Positions 25,732 to 38,297 of a stretch of 38,297 nt of DNA are shown here, in pieces. The notes beneath the pieces were generated by a model, which was given only the letters and a program-made list of their open reading frames with translations, did no database searches and was not told where the DNA came from. The DNA comes from Eubacteriales bacterium. Its GTDB lineage: Bacteria; Bacillota; Clostridia; Oscillospirales; CAG-272. Numbering within the stretch: the stretch's first letter is position 1; every line of letters starts with the position of its first letter. The position numbers and the translations under genes were made by a program. Where the stretch lies: positions 1 through 38,297 of the forward strand of contig JAZNVA010000221.1 of assembly GCA_045592565.1 (NCBI GenBank). The letters are read 5' to 3'.

Positions 25732-25760
25732 ATTATATCAAAGATGCCTTCAATTGTCCA
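25732..25760 (-). promoter_or_regulatory. candidate promoter for the FAD-oxidoreductase gene
   Basis: On the minus strand: TGGACA, 17-nt spacer, TGaTATAAT. Confidence 0.5.
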
Positions 25761-25882
25761 CACTTTTTTAAAAAAATAGGGTAAAACAAGAAAGATGTCA
25801 ACAAAATCAAGAAATTCATCCAATTATATCAAAAAATTCAAGGTTTTTTCGTCAAAAAAGGTGTATAATTTCTTTGTATGGA

Positions 25883-25898
25883 TTTTTGTTTACAAAAA
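25883..25898. promoter_or_regulatory. inverted repeat, candidate operator upstream of uxaC
   Basis: TTTTTGT-tt-ACAAAAA, a perfect 7-bp inverted repeat with a TGT..ACA core. It lies between a TATAAT box (25864-25869) and the uxaC RBS. Confidence 0.3.
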
Positions 25899-25941
25899 TA
25901 TTGACAAGAAATCTCACTCAAATTTATTCAGGAGGACACAA

Positions 25942-27345
25942 ATGAGTTATTACACCCCCAATTTCCTGTTAAACACCGAAACGGCACAGAAGCTGTATCA
26001 TACCTATGCAAAGAATATGCCGATCTTCGACTATCACTGCCATCTGCCCGAGCGCCAGATCCTGGAGAACGAGCCCTTTACCAACATCTACGATATCTGG
26101 CTTGCCGGCGACCACTACAAGTGGAGACTGATGCGAAACTACGGTGTCCCCGAGGAAATGATCACCGGAGACGTAGATAAGAAGGAAAAATTCATTACAT
26201 ACTGCCGTGTACTGGGAACCGCATTCGGTAACCCTCTGTACCACTGGTCTCAGGTTGAGCTTGCCGAGTTCTTCGGTTGCGATCTGGAGATCAACGAGGC
26301 AAATGCCGAGGCAATCTGGGATTTCTGCAACGATTACATTCAGAAGAACAACGTAACGCCCCAGAGCTTGATCGAGCGCTCTAACGTAGCCGCTCTGTTT
26401 ACCACCAACGAGATCTTCGACGATCTCTCCACCTTCACCGCCATCAAGGAGAAGGGCTATAACTTCCACGTGATTCCCGCCTTCCGCGCGGACAAGATCA
26501 TGAATCTGGAGGTCAAGGGCTATCCCGAGTTCATCGGCAAGCTGGAGGCGCTGACACATCCTGTTCGCAACATCGACCAGCTGGAGGACGCCATTGCGGC
26601 TCGTCTGGACGCCTTTGTTGCCGTGGGCACCGTTGCCAGCGACATTGCTGTGGAGCAGGTTTATCCCGTGGGCTGCAGAGCTTGCGCCGACAAGATCTTC
26701 CGCAAGGCTCTGGCAGGTAAGGAGATCTCCGCAGAGGATGCCGCAACCTTTAAGGGCTATATGACCTACTTCCTGATGAAGCTTTACGCAAAGAAGAACA
26801 TCCGTACCGAGCTTCACGTAGGCGCCATGAGAAACAATAACGCGCAGATGCTTGCAAAGCTCGGTCTGGATACCGGATTTGACAGCATTTCCGATACCAA
26901 CAGCATCTCCAATATGTCCCGCCTGTTTGACCGTCTGAACAACGAGGGCGCGCTTCCCCGCACCATCGTATTTAACCTGAATCCCAAGATGAACCCCGAG
27001 ATCATGACGCTGCTGGGCTGCTTCCAGAGCGACGAGGCAAAGGGCAAGATGCAGTACGGCGCCGCTTGGTGGTTCCTTGACAACAAGGTAGGCATGGAAC
27101 AGCACCTTCGCGACATGACCGCGACGGGACATCTGGGAACCTTTGTCGGCATGCTGACCGACAGCCGTTCTCTCCTGTCTTACCCCCGCCATCACTACTT
27201 CCGCCGCATTCTCTGCGAATACCTTGGCGGCATGATCGAGAGAGGCGAGATGACCTCGGATCTGGAGCTGGTCGGATCGGTGGTTGAAAACATCAGCTAT
27301 TTGAACGCAAAGAACTATTTTGGCATGGAGGATATTTTGAGATGA
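25942..27345 (+). CDS. uxaC: glucuronate (uronate) isomerase
   Basis: Start at MSYYTPNFLL after AGGAGG. FDYHCHL motif. Full-length, 467 aa. Confidence 0.93.
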   Translation: MSYYTPNFLLNTETAQKLYHTYAKNMPIFDYHCHLPERQILENEPFTNIYDIWLAGDHYKWRLMRNYGVPEEMITGDVDKKEKFITYCRVLGTAFGNPLYHWSQVELAEFFGCDLEINEANAEAIWDFCNDYIQKNNVTPQSLIERSNVAALFTTNEIFDDLSTFTAIKEKGYNFHVIPAFRADKIMNLEVKGYPEFIGKLEALTHPVRNIDQLEDAIAARLDAFVAVGTVASDIAVEQVYPVGCRACADKIFRKALAGKEISAEDAATFKGYMTYFLMKLYAKKNIRTELHVGAMRNNNAQMLAKLGLDTGFDSISDTNSISNMSRLFDRLNNEGALPRTIVFNLNPKMNPEIMTLLGCFQSDEAKGKMQYGAAWWFLDNKVGMEQHLRDMTATGHLGTFVGMLTDSRSLLSYPRHHYFRRILCEYLGGMIERGEMTSDLELVGSVVENISYLNAKNYFGMEDILR

Positions 27346-28646
27346 AAAAGATTCATGAGCTCTATACAAAGCCCGTAAGACCCGAAAAGGTCATTCAGTT
27401 TGGCGAGGGCGGATTCCTGCGCGGCTTCTGCGACTGGATGTTCCAGAAGCTGAACGATTGCGGAGCATGGAACGGCAGTGTTGTCGTTGTTCAGCCCATC
27501 GCGCAGGGTATGTGCGATATGCTCTCCGCACAGAACTGCCAGTATACCCATCTGCTCCGTAGCGCCGACGGCGTGGAGACTACCCGCGTGGACTGTCTTT
27601 CCCGCTGTGTCAACCCCTATGCGGATTTCGACGCTTACCTGAAGCTGGCTGAGAACCCCGAGACTCGCTTCGTTCTCTCCAACACCACCGAGGCGGGAAT
27701 CGCCTTCAACGCAGATGATAAGGCGACCGACACACCTCCCTCCTCCTTCCCCGGCAAGCTGACGCTCCTCATGAAGCGCCGCTTCGATCTGGGACTCGGC
27801 GGATTTGTTCTGATCCCTTGCGAGCTGATCGACCGTAACGGCGACAATCTGAAAAAGATGGTCATTAAGTACGCGGAGCACTGGAATCTGGGCGCTGACT
27901 TCATGGCATGGGTAGAAAAAGAAAACGTATTCTGCAACACCCTGGTTGACCGCATCAACACCGGTTATCCCAAGGGAGAGGAGATCGATCTGGGCTACGA
28001 GGACAATATGCTCAACACCTCCGAGACCTTCCATCTGTGGGTCATTGAGACCGAGCACGATCTGGAGGCGGAGCTTCCTTTCTCCGCTGCCGGTCTGAAC
28101 GTCATCGTTACCAAGGACGCGCTGGAAAGATACCGCACCAGAAAGGTTCGTATCCTCAACGGTGCGCACACCTCTATGACTCCCTACGCGCTGCTGTCGG
28201 GTCTGGAGACCGTAAAGGATTGCATGGACGACAAAACGATGTCCACCTTCCTGCGTGACTGTCTGGACGAGATCATTCCTACGCTGGATCTCCCCCGTGA
28301 GGAGCTGGAGGCTTACGCGGCAGACGTTCTGAACCGCTTTGCCAACCCCTACATCAAGCACTTCCTCGCTTCCATTTCCCTGAACTCCGTAAGCAAGTTC
28401 AGCGTACGCGTTCTCCCCTCCATTCTGGAGTACAAGAAGCGCTTTGGCAGCTATCCTGCTCATCTGATATTCGGCTTTGCTCAGTTGATCAAGTTCTACC
28501 GTGAGGGCGATCCCAAGGACGCCCCCGAGGTCATCGAGTCCATCCGCACCCGCTCCCTTTCCGAAATTTTGGCAGACGCTACCCTTTGGGGCACCGATCT
28601 GTCCGACCTGTACGAGGTAGTTAAGAATGCTGATTCATCCCTCTGA
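27342..28646 (+). CDS. uxaB: tagaturonate reductase (altronate oxidoreductase)
   Basis: ATGA overlap with uxaC. N-terminal KVIQFGEGGFLRGFCDW matches UxaB in the mannitol dehydrogenase family. Confidence 0.88.
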   Translation: MKKIHELYTKPVRPEKVIQFGEGGFLRGFCDWMFQKLNDCGAWNGSVVVVQPIAQGMCDMLSAQNCQYTHLLRSADGVETTRVDCLSRCVNPYADFDAYLKLAENPETRFVLSNTTEAGIAFNADDKATDTPPSSFPGKLTLLMKRRFDLGLGGFVLIPCELIDRNGDNLKKMVIKYAEHWNLGADFMAWVEKENVFCNTLVDRINTGYPKGEEIDLGYEDNMLNTSETFHLWVIETEHDLEAELPFSAAGLNVIVTKDALERYRTRKVRILNGAHTSMTPYALLSGLETVKDCMDDKTMSTFLRDCLDEIIPTLDLPREELEAYAADVLNRFANPYIKHFLASISLNSVSKFSVRVLPSILEYKKRFGSYPAHLIFGFAQLIKFYREGDPKDAPEVIESIRTRSLSEILADATLWGTDLSDLYEVVKNADSSL

Positions 28647-30006
28647 TAACGTAGAGATCCGCGCTGACGGACAAAAATACGCCCTCGCTCCCATCAAAGC
28701 AGGAGAGGACGTCATCAAATACGGCTTTCCTATCGGTAAAGCCAAGGTAGATATTGCCGTGGGAGAATTTATCTCTCCCCATAACCTCCAGTCCAAGCTG
28801 TCGGGATTGGGTGACTGGACCTACGCACCCTTCACGCCCGCCGACAAGACTCTGCGGGAGGGTACCTTCATGGGCTACCGCAGAAAGAACGGCGACGTGG
28901 GTATCCGTAACGAGATCTGGATCATCCCTACCGTTGGCTGTATCAACGGTGTGGTACAGAAGCTGGCGGCAATGACGGGCGCCAAGGCGCTGACGCATCC
29001 TCACGGCTGCTCTCAGTTGGGAGGAGACCTACACACCACCCAGCAGATCCTTCGCGGACTGATCCTCCACCCCAACGCGGGCGGCGTTCTGGTTCTCGGT
29101 CTTGGTTGCGAGAACAACGGCATGGGCGAGATGCTGAAGGTACTGGACAACAAATACGATCCCGACCGTGTACGCTTCCTGAATCTTCAGGAGTGCGAGG
29201 ATGAATACGAGCAGGCACTGGCAATTTTGGAGGAGCTGAAGGCACAGGCTGACAAGGACGTTCGCGTTCCCGTTTCCATCGGTGAGCTTCGTGTCGCCGT
29301 TAAGTGCGGCGGAAGCGACGGCCTGAGCGGTCTGACTGCCAACCCCTTGGTGGGTAAGACCATGGACCTCTTTGACACCTACGGCGCTACGGTTCTCATG
29401 ACAGAGATTCCCGAGGTGTTCGGCGCAGAGCAGATCCTTCTGGGACGAAGCAACAGTGAGGAGACCTTTGAAGCGGCTGCGGGTATGATCCGCGCCTTCC
29501 GTCAGTATTTCTACGATCACGGCGAAGGCATTGCCGACAACCCCTCTCCCGGTAACATCGCGGGAGGTATCAGCACCTTGGAGGAAAAGTCCCTCGGTTG
29601 CGTACAAAAGGGCGGCAAGGTCACCTTGTGCGGCGCGCTCCAGTTCGGTGAGCAGCCCCCTGCCAAGGGTGGTCTTTATATGGTCAACGGTCCCGGAAAC
29701 GATCAGGTGGCAATTACCAACCTGACTGCGGCGGGCGCCCATCTGATCCTCTTTACCACCGGCAGGGGAACTCCTCTGTCCGCGCCCGTTCCCACCCTGA
29801 AGGTATCCACCAACTCCGCTCTTTATGCCAAGAAGCCCCATTGGATCGACTTCAACGCAGGTGAGCTGTGGAACGGTGCCGATGCCGAGGAGACCACCAA
29901 GGCACTCTTCGAGCTTTGTATCAAGACTGCCGAAGGCCAGCAGACCAAGGCTGAAGAAAAAGGCTTTTACGACATTGCCATCTTCAAAGACGGCGTGACC
30001 CTTTAA
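28627..30006 (+). CDS. uxaA: altronate dehydratase
   Basis: SAF-type N-terminus (IKAGEDVIKYGFPIGKA..GEFISPHN) and a large UxaA C-terminal domain. Overlaps the uxaB 3' end by 20 nt. Confidence 0.88.
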   Translation: MLIHPSDNVEIRADGQKYALAPIKAGEDVIKYGFPIGKAKVDIAVGEFISPHNLQSKLSGLGDWTYAPFTPADKTLREGTFMGYRRKNGDVGIRNEIWIIPTVGCINGVVQKLAAMTGAKALTHPHGCSQLGGDLHTTQQILRGLILHPNAGGVLVLGLGCENNGMGEMLKVLDNKYDPDRVRFLNLQECEDEYEQALAILEELKAQADKDVRVPVSIGELRVAVKCGGSDGLSGLTANPLVGKTMDLFDTYGATVLMTEIPEVFGAEQILLGRSNSEETFEAAAGMIRAFRQYFYDHGEGIADNPSPGNIAGGISTLEEKSLGCVQKGGKVTLCGALQFGEQPPAKGGLYMVNGPGNDQVAITNLTAAGAHLILFTTGRGTPLSAPVPTLKVSTNSALYAKKPHWIDFNAGELWNGADAEETTKALFELCIKTAEGQQTKAEEKGFYDIAIFKDGVTL

Positions 30007-30016
30007 TTTCAACATC

Positions 30017-30049
30017 AACGGGCTTCCCGAATCGGGAAGCCCGTTTTTT
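30017..30049 (+). terminator. rho-independent terminator of uxaCBA
   Basis: Stem AACGGGCTTCCC / GGGAAGCCCGTT followed by a T-run. Confidence 0.85.
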
Positions 30050-30262
30050 GACAATTTTTATCCAATCCATAAAAATATGGCACAGCTTTATGATCTTTTG
30101 GCAAGAAATCGATCGTATTTTATGCTATAATTATATGTATGAATACCATAAACCGTCTACAGCCCGCAAATCCAAATCGCGCCGTCTTCCCTGTTTTTTT
30201 GCTAAAATGAACAGGTTATCCGAAATTCCGATCATCGTAGGCATATTTTTTTTGAAAAAGTA

Positions 30263-30291
30263 TAGAAATCACACGATTGATGTGGTATAAT
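30263..30291 (+). promoter_or_regulatory. candidate promoter of the atp operon
   Basis: TAGAAA, 17-nt spacer, TGgTATAAT. The -35 is weak but the -10 is extended. Confidence 0.4.
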
Positions 30292-30368
30292 AATTTTATT
30301 GTACGAAACATTGGTATGAGCGATCATGGAATGATTGATACCGTAAATTATCTTTCGCGAGGAATATC

Positions 30369-30830
30369 ATGCAAAAAATTAACAAGGTCGTTGCAAAAGA
30401 AACCAAATATATGGCGATATGGATGCTGATCTTCAGCGCCGTTCTTCAGTCTGTGTTTCTCGTAATCGGAAAATGGAATTACACCGTATTGCTTGGAAAT
30501 CTCCTGAGCGGCACGGCAATGGTTCTGAATTTCCTTTTGATGGGCATCACCGTCCAGAAGGCAGTGGATAAGGATCCAAAGGAAGCCAAACAGGCGATGA
30601 AAGCATCGGGAATGGCGCGAACCTTTTTCCTGTTCGTGGTCGTAGCAATCGGGATCCTTCTCAAAAGCGTGTTCAGTATATGGACCGTTATCATTCCCCT
30701 GTTCTTCCCACGCCTGATCGTCGCCATCCGACCGCTTTGGGATCGAAGTCTCAAGGAAACGGCTTCCGTATCCTCCGAGCCTTCCGAGGATGCATCTTCA
30801 CAAAAGGAGGTCGACGATCATGAAATCTAA
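30369..30830 (+). CDS. atpI: ATP synthase protein I (AtpI/AtpZ-like)
   Basis: 153 aa, four hydrophobic helices, first gene of the atp operon. The C-terminal tail is acidic. Confidence 0.7.
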   Translation: MQKINKVVAKETKYMAIWMLIFSAVLQSVFLVIGKWNYTVLLGNLLSGTAMVLNFLLMGITVQKAVDKDPKEAKQAMKASGMARTFFLFVVVAIGILLKSVFSIWTVIIPLFFPRLIVAIRPLWDRSLKETASVSSEPSEDASSQKEVDDHEI

Positions 30831-31722
30831 ATCTCTGTCGTTCCGATTGGCGGACGTGTCACTGATCCTGTTGATGATCCTTCCCTTGGTAGCAGGCATC
30901 ATTCTGAAAATTTTGACAACTCCCGCCACCGACGATATTTCCATCACGGGAGCCCTGATTTATTTCACCGTTCCCACCCCCATCCAGCCGCTCCCCATTA
31001 CCGAGTCACAGGTCAATTCCCTCTTGGTTATTCTGTCTGTCACAGGGCTTTGCCTGTACCTGACACACGGGATCCGCGCAGGAGTTTCTACTCGTCGGCA
31101 GCTCGCCGCCGAATGGATCGTGGAAAAGATCGGCAACATGGTACAGGAAAACATGGGAGAATATTTTTCGGGATTTGGTCCCTTTGTTACGGCAATTCTT
31201 GCCCTATCGGGACTTTCCAGTCTCTTGTCCCTGCTCGGGCTGTACGCCCCCACGTCTGATCTGAATATCGTCGCGGGCTGGGCAATTCTTGTCTTTATCC
31301 TCATCACTTACTATAAGTGCAAGTGCGGTCCTTGGTATTATGTAAAAAGCTTCGGCGATCCGGTTCCCGTCCTTGCCCCCATGAATCTGATCAGTGAGGT
31401 TGCAACGCCCTTTTCCATGGCGTTCCGTCATTACGGAAACATTTTGTCCGGTTCTATCGTTTCGGTTCTGGTCGCCGCCGCACTACAAGGACTTTCCCAT
31501 ACGCTTTTGGGTAACCTTCCCGGATTTCTGGGTGAATTTCCCTTCCTTCGGATCGGAATTCCCGCGGCTCTGTCCATTTACTTTGACGTGTTCAGCGCAT
31601 GTCTGCAAGCCTATATTTTTGCTGTGCTAACCATGCTATACGTGTCAAGCGGATTTCCGCAGGACGAATACGAGAAGCGCCGTTTGCGGAAGCTGCAAAA
31701 AAAGACGAAACCCCAATCTTAA
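30820..31722 (+). CDS. atpB: F0 sector subunit a
   Basis: Start at MKSKSLSF after AGGAGG. Multi-pass membrane protein with the conserved stator Arg context SMAFRHYGNILSG. Confidence 0.88.
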   Translation: MKSKSLSFRLADVSLILLMILPLVAGIILKILTTPATDDISITGALIYFTVPTPIQPLPITESQVNSLLVILSVTGLCLYLTHGIRAGVSTRRQLAAEWIVEKIGNMVQENMGEYFSGFGPFVTAILALSGLSSLLSLLGLYAPTSDLNIVAGWAILVFILITYYKCKCGPWYYVKSFGDPVPVLAPMNLISEVATPFSMAFRHYGNILSGSIVSVLVAAALQGLSHTLLGNLPGFLGEFPFLRIGIPAALSIYFDVFSACLQAYIFAVLTMLYVSSGFPQDEYEKRRLRKLQKKTKPQS

Positions 31723-31753
31723 CGTATCAGCAATAAATTTTATAAAAATATAA

Positions 31754-32062
<309 letters not shown>

Positions 32063-32080
32063 TCGTTCGGAGTATCGTTT

Positions 32081-32584
32081 ATGCAATCGTTAGATGTCAT
32101 TTCCATCAATGTATGGCATATTTTGATCTCTCTTTGCAATCTGATTCTTCTGTTTTGGATTGTGAAAAAATTTCTGTTCAAGCCCGTTAAAAATCTCATG
32201 GCAGCCCGTCAGGCGGAGTTGGATCATCAGTATGCCGCCGCCGCGGACGCGGAGCAAAAGGCAATGGAGAGCAAGAATGCGTGGGAGCAAAAGCTCCGGA
32301 GTGCGGAGGATGAGGCAAACGCCATCATCACCGACGCCACCGACGTTGCCAAACGCCGAGCCGAGCAGATCGTAACGGAAGCCAAGGTGCGAGCGGACGG
32401 GATCGTCAGCCGCGCCGAGGAAGAGGCTGTTCTGGAACGAAAGCGGGCAACCGAGGATATGAAGAGAGAGATCGTAGGCGTTTCCGCCGCCATCGCAGAA
32501 AAGATGCTGGAGCGTGAGGTCAAGGAAGAGGATCACCGCGCGATGATCGACTCCTTTATTGAGCAGATCGGAGAAGAATCATGA
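32081..32584 (+). CDS. atpF: F0 sector subunit b
   Basis: 167 aa. N-terminal TM helix followed by a long charged coiled-coil region rich in A, E, R and K. Confidence 0.88.
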   Translation: MQSLDVISINVWHILISLCNLILLFWIVKKFLFKPVKNLMAARQAELDHQYAAAADAEQKAMESKNAWEQKLRSAEDEANAIITDATDVAKRRAEQIVTEAKVRADGIVSRAEEEAVLERKRATEDMKREIVGVSAAIAEKMLEREVKEEDHRAMIDSFIEQIGEES

Positions 32585-33107
32585 CCGAGATCGCAAAGGA
32601 ATACGCGGAAGCCTTGTTTCTCCTTGCCTGTGAGGAGAGAGAAGAAAAAGAGATCATGACGGCGTTGGAGGATACGGCAGCCCTATTTGAGGAAACGCCC
32701 CAACTGGTGGAGCTGTTCTCCTCCCCTGCCGTTTCCCTGAAGGAGCGTCAGGAGGCGATCACCGAAATTTTTGAAGACCGTCTCCCTACGCATGCGCTGT
32801 CCTTCCTGCGGCTTCTCTGTGAAAAGGGACGCATTCACGCGTTTGTGAGCTGTGTGGAGGAATATCGTCGCCTGCTTCGGATCCAAGAATCTGTAATCAG
32901 CGCCAAGGTCGTCAGCGCCGTTCCTCTGACCGAGGAAGAGAAGCTGGCATTGACAAGAAACTTAGAAAAAAAGAGCGGGAAGACCGTCACTCTGGATTGT
33001 TCCACCGATCCCTCCTTGTTGGGAGGCGTGATCGTGGAAATGGACGGTGTGGTCATGGATGGCTCGTTGCGCCATCGCCTGCGTGAGGTAAAGGATGTGA
33101 TGAACGG

Positions 33108-33111
<4 letters not shown>
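32581..33111 (+). CDS. atpH: F1 sector subunit delta (OSCP)
   Basis: 176 aa. ATGA overlap with atpF. OSCP-like YAEALF N-terminus. Confidence 0.88.
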
Positions 33112-34601
<1,490 letters not shown>

Positions 34602-34604
34602 CCC

Positions 34605-35408
34605 ATGAGCGGAAACACAAAGCAACTTCGAAATCGCATCAAAAGCGTAGACTCCACCCTGCACCTGACACGCGCTATGGGGTTGGTTGCGTCCTCCAAA
34701 ATTCGACGCGCCACTGACGCGATGAATAAGGGGCGAGAGTACGAGCAGGCTTTTCACGCGGCGATCAACGGACTGCTTTGCAGTCCCGAATGCCGGAAAA
34801 GCCCTTATATGCAGACCCGTGAGGACGGTGAGATCTGCCTGGTAGTCATCGCGGGGGACCGCGGTCTGGCGGGCGGTTATAACGCCAACGTATTCCGTAT
34901 GCTGAAGGAATACGCCGATGCCACCGTCATTCCCATCGGAAAACGCGCTTGCGATCGTTTCAAGAGCGAGACGATCTCGGCGGAGCATTTTGATTGCGCT
35001 ACCGCCATGGGACTTGCGGCAGACCTTTGTCGGGATTTTGCCGAGGGAAAATACCGCAAGGTAGGAATCCTCTGCACCCGTTACCGTTCCATGATGTCTC
35101 AGGAGGCTGAGATCCGTTGGGTCCTTCCACTGGAAGGGTCCGAGAAAGCTCCCTCGCAGAGCGTGATCTTTGAGCCCGATGAAATCACCGTCTTAAACGA
35201 GGCGGTTCCCGAATACGTAGCAGGACTTCTGGTCAGTGCCGTTCGGGAAAGCTTTGCCTCCGAGGTAGCCGCCCGTCGGTGTGCTATGGACTCCGCAGGA
35301 AAGAATGCGCAGCAGATGATCGATCAGCTGCAGCTCGAATACAATCGGGCAAGACAAGGCGCCATTACCCAAGAGATCACCGAGATCGTCGCGGGCAGTA
35401 GCGTGTAG
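34605..35408 (+). CDS. atpG: F1 sector subunit gamma
   Basis: 267 aa. N-terminal IRNRIKSV and C-terminal ITQEITEIVAG. Confidence 0.92.
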   Translation: MSGNTKQLRNRIKSVDSTLHLTRAMGLVASSKIRRATDAMNKGREYEQAFHAAINGLLCSPECRKSPYMQTREDGEICLVVIAGDRGLAGGYNANVFRMLKEYADATVIPIGKRACDRFKSETISAEHFDCATAMGLAADLCRDFAEGKYRKVGILCTRYRSMMSQEAEIRWVLPLEGSEKAPSQSVIFEPDEITVLNEAVPEYVAGLLVSAVRESFASEVAARRCAMDSAGKNAQQMIDQLQLEYNRARQGAITQEITEIVAGSSV

Positions 35409-37087
<1,679 letters not shown>

Positions 37088-37095
37088 CCAAAAGT

Positions 37096-37123
37096 ACAGC
37101 CGAGGAAATCTTTCCTCGGCTGT
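37096..37123 (+). terminator. hairpin after the atp operon with no U-tract; weak or partial terminator
   Basis: Stem ACAGCCGAGGA / TCCTCGGCTGT, loop AATCTT, followed by AAAAGAAAGG rather than a T-run. Confidence 0.4.
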
Positions 37124-37139
37124 AAAAGAAAGGCCCCAT

Positions 37140-38024
37140 ATGAGAAAAATCTTATTAGGAACCGATTGGTGGGACGATTGCGATGACGCGGTCGCGCTTC
37201 GTCTGCTGACCAATTACATCAAAGCAGGAAGGATCGAGCTGTCAGGAATCGCACTGAACGCCTGTATGCCCGATTCCGTGGCATCCATCAGGGGGTTTTT
37301 AGAGGCGGACGGCATAACGGGGATCCCGCTCGGTATTGATAAAGATGCCAACGATTTTGGCGGACGACCGACGTATCAGCATCGTCTCGCTCGCGAGCTA
37401 TGCCCCAACGGAAGCAACGCCGATGCCATCGATGCCGTACGTCTGTACCGAAAGATCCTGGCAGAGGCTGACGCCCCCATCGAAATCGTGGAGATCGGAT
37501 TTTTGCAGGTCTTTGCGGGACTATTGATGTCCGAGGCGGATGACCTTTCCCCTCTGAATGGGGTGGATCTGGTAAGAGCCAAGGTACGTAAGGTATGGTG
37601 TATGGCCGGGAAATGGGAAGAGGACGGAGGCAGAGAAAACAATTTCTGTCGCAATGCGCGCGCCTGCTTTGCCTCTGAATATTTCTGCCGTGTGTGTCCT
37701 GTTCCCGTGACCTTCTTGGGATATGAGATCGGAAAAGGCGTTCTGACAGGAAGCCATTTGACACATACTGACCATCTCTACCGTGTTCTTCTGGATCACG
37801 GCTCCGCCGATCAAGGCAGACATTCCTGGGATCCCATGACAATGCTCATGGCGCTCATCGGGGACGAGGCAGCGGCAGGCTATGACACCGTACGCGGCTA
37901 TGCATCAGTAGATGCCGATACGGGTGCCAATCACTTCCGCGAGGATCCTAACGGTCCGCACTGTTATGTCAAAAAGACAAGAGACAATTCGTATTACGTA
38001 AATGAGATAGACAAGCGTTTGTAA
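37140..38024 (+). CDS. inosine/uridine-preferring nucleoside hydrolase-like protein
   Basis: 294 aa. N-terminal LLGTDWWDDCDDAVAL resembles the DxDxxxDD nucleoside-hydrolase Asp cluster. The assignment is tentative. Confidence 0.5.
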   Translation: MRKILLGTDWWDDCDDAVALRLLTNYIKAGRIELSGIALNACMPDSVASIRGFLEADGITGIPLGIDKDANDFGGRPTYQHRLARELCPNGSNADAIDAVRLYRKILAEADAPIEIVEIGFLQVFAGLLMSEADDLSPLNGVDLVRAKVRKVWCMAGKWEEDGGRENNFCRNARACFASEYFCRVCPVPVTFLGYEIGKGVLTGSHLTHTDHLYRVLLDHGSADQGRHSWDPMTMLMALIGDEAAAGYDTVRGYASVDADTGANHFREDPNGPHCYVKKTRDNSYYVNEIDKRL

Positions 38025-38081
38025 CGCTCATAAAGAAAGAAGGAACCGAATAGGATTGTATCCTAAAGGACAGTTTTCAAA

Positions 38082-38116
38082 AATACGGCATATCTCGAAA
38101 GGGATATGCCGTATTT
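38082..38116 (+). terminator. hairpin terminator
   Basis: 13-bp stem AATACGGCATATC / GATATGCCGTATT. The following T-tract is short. Confidence 0.55.
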
Positions 38117-38175
38117 CGCGTTTGTGTCCACAAATGCAGTGCTTGTCGGGAAAATTGACAAGTCATAGATGAACA

Positions 38176-38209
38176 TAAAAAAGCTCCCTTTTGTAAGAGG
38201 GAGCTTTTG
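38176..38209 (-). terminator. rho-independent terminator of a minus-strand gene that enters from the right edge
   Basis: Stem AAAGCTCCCT / AGGGAGCTTT, followed by a T-run on the minus strand. Confidence 0.65.
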
Positions 38210-38262
38210 CGATGTTGACTGAAACACTGCTCGGAGAAATCATTGCTCTTCGGACGTGAGCC

Positions 38263-38297
38263 TTATTCAAAATTTTCCAACAGATATTTTTCCGCTT
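38263..38297 (-). CDS. 3' end of an unidentified minus-strand CDS (last 11 codons only)
   Basis: The reverse complement reads ..AEKYLLENFE then a stop, followed by the 38176..38209 terminator. Too short to identify. Confidence 0.25.
   Translation of the reverse strand, partial: AEKYLLENFE

Noticed and set aside
24440-30054. Long antisense ORFs (443, 466, 382 and 341 aa) opposite the FAD oxidoreductase, uxaC, uxaB and uxaA
   Set aside because: These are shadow ORFs opposite well-supported genes, with no independent translation signals.
30048-30290. 80-aa ORF in the uxaA-atpI intergenic region
   Set aside because: It starts at a TTG inside the uxaA terminator T-run, has no RBS, and has an AT-rich, non-protein-like composition. 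The region more likely holds the atp promoter and leader.

Overview
This 38.3 kb window is a moderately GC-rich chromosome segment that looks Firmicutes/Clostridia-like. That assignment is inferred only from gene order, GGAGG ribosome-binding sites and TTGACA-17-TGnTATAAT promoters. The content is almost entirely core housekeeping. From left to right it holds: a truncated ABC exporter gene (-); tRNA-Ser(GGA) plus a degenerate copy of its 3' end; a cytoplasmic beta-helix protein; hemolysin-III; and efp with a small Cys/Asp-rich zinc-ribbon partner. Next comes an 11.5 kb co-directional operon (yicC-remA-gmk-rpoZ-priA-def-fmt-rsmB-rlmN-PASTA protein-rsgA-thiN). After it come a degenerate asparagine-synthetase-like gene, dat, mnmE, prmC, an SGNH esterase, an FAD oxidoreductase divergent from uxaCBA, a complete F1Fo ATP synthase operon (atpIBEFHAGDC) and a nucleoside-hydrolase-like gene. 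I see no integrase, transposase, CRISPR array, toxin-antitoxin pair or recognisable defence gene, and no convincing multi-gene novel system. The items most worth a second look are single-gene oddities. (1) An acidic protein downstream of efp has a 29-residue (Cys/Asp)n tract encoded by an imperfect GCARTC DNA repeat. (2) A kinase-less PASTA membrane protein sits exactly where prpC-prkC normally lie. (3) The ATP synthase c subunit carries the two-carboxylate Na+-binding signature, and the epsilon subunit lacks its C-terminal regulatory domain. (4) An AsnB-like protein has lost both catalytic signatures. (5) There are several small acidic or membrane ORFs, one of them below the ORF-track length cutoff. 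Nearly every real gene is shadowed by a very long antisense ORF; I treat these as codon-bias artefacts.
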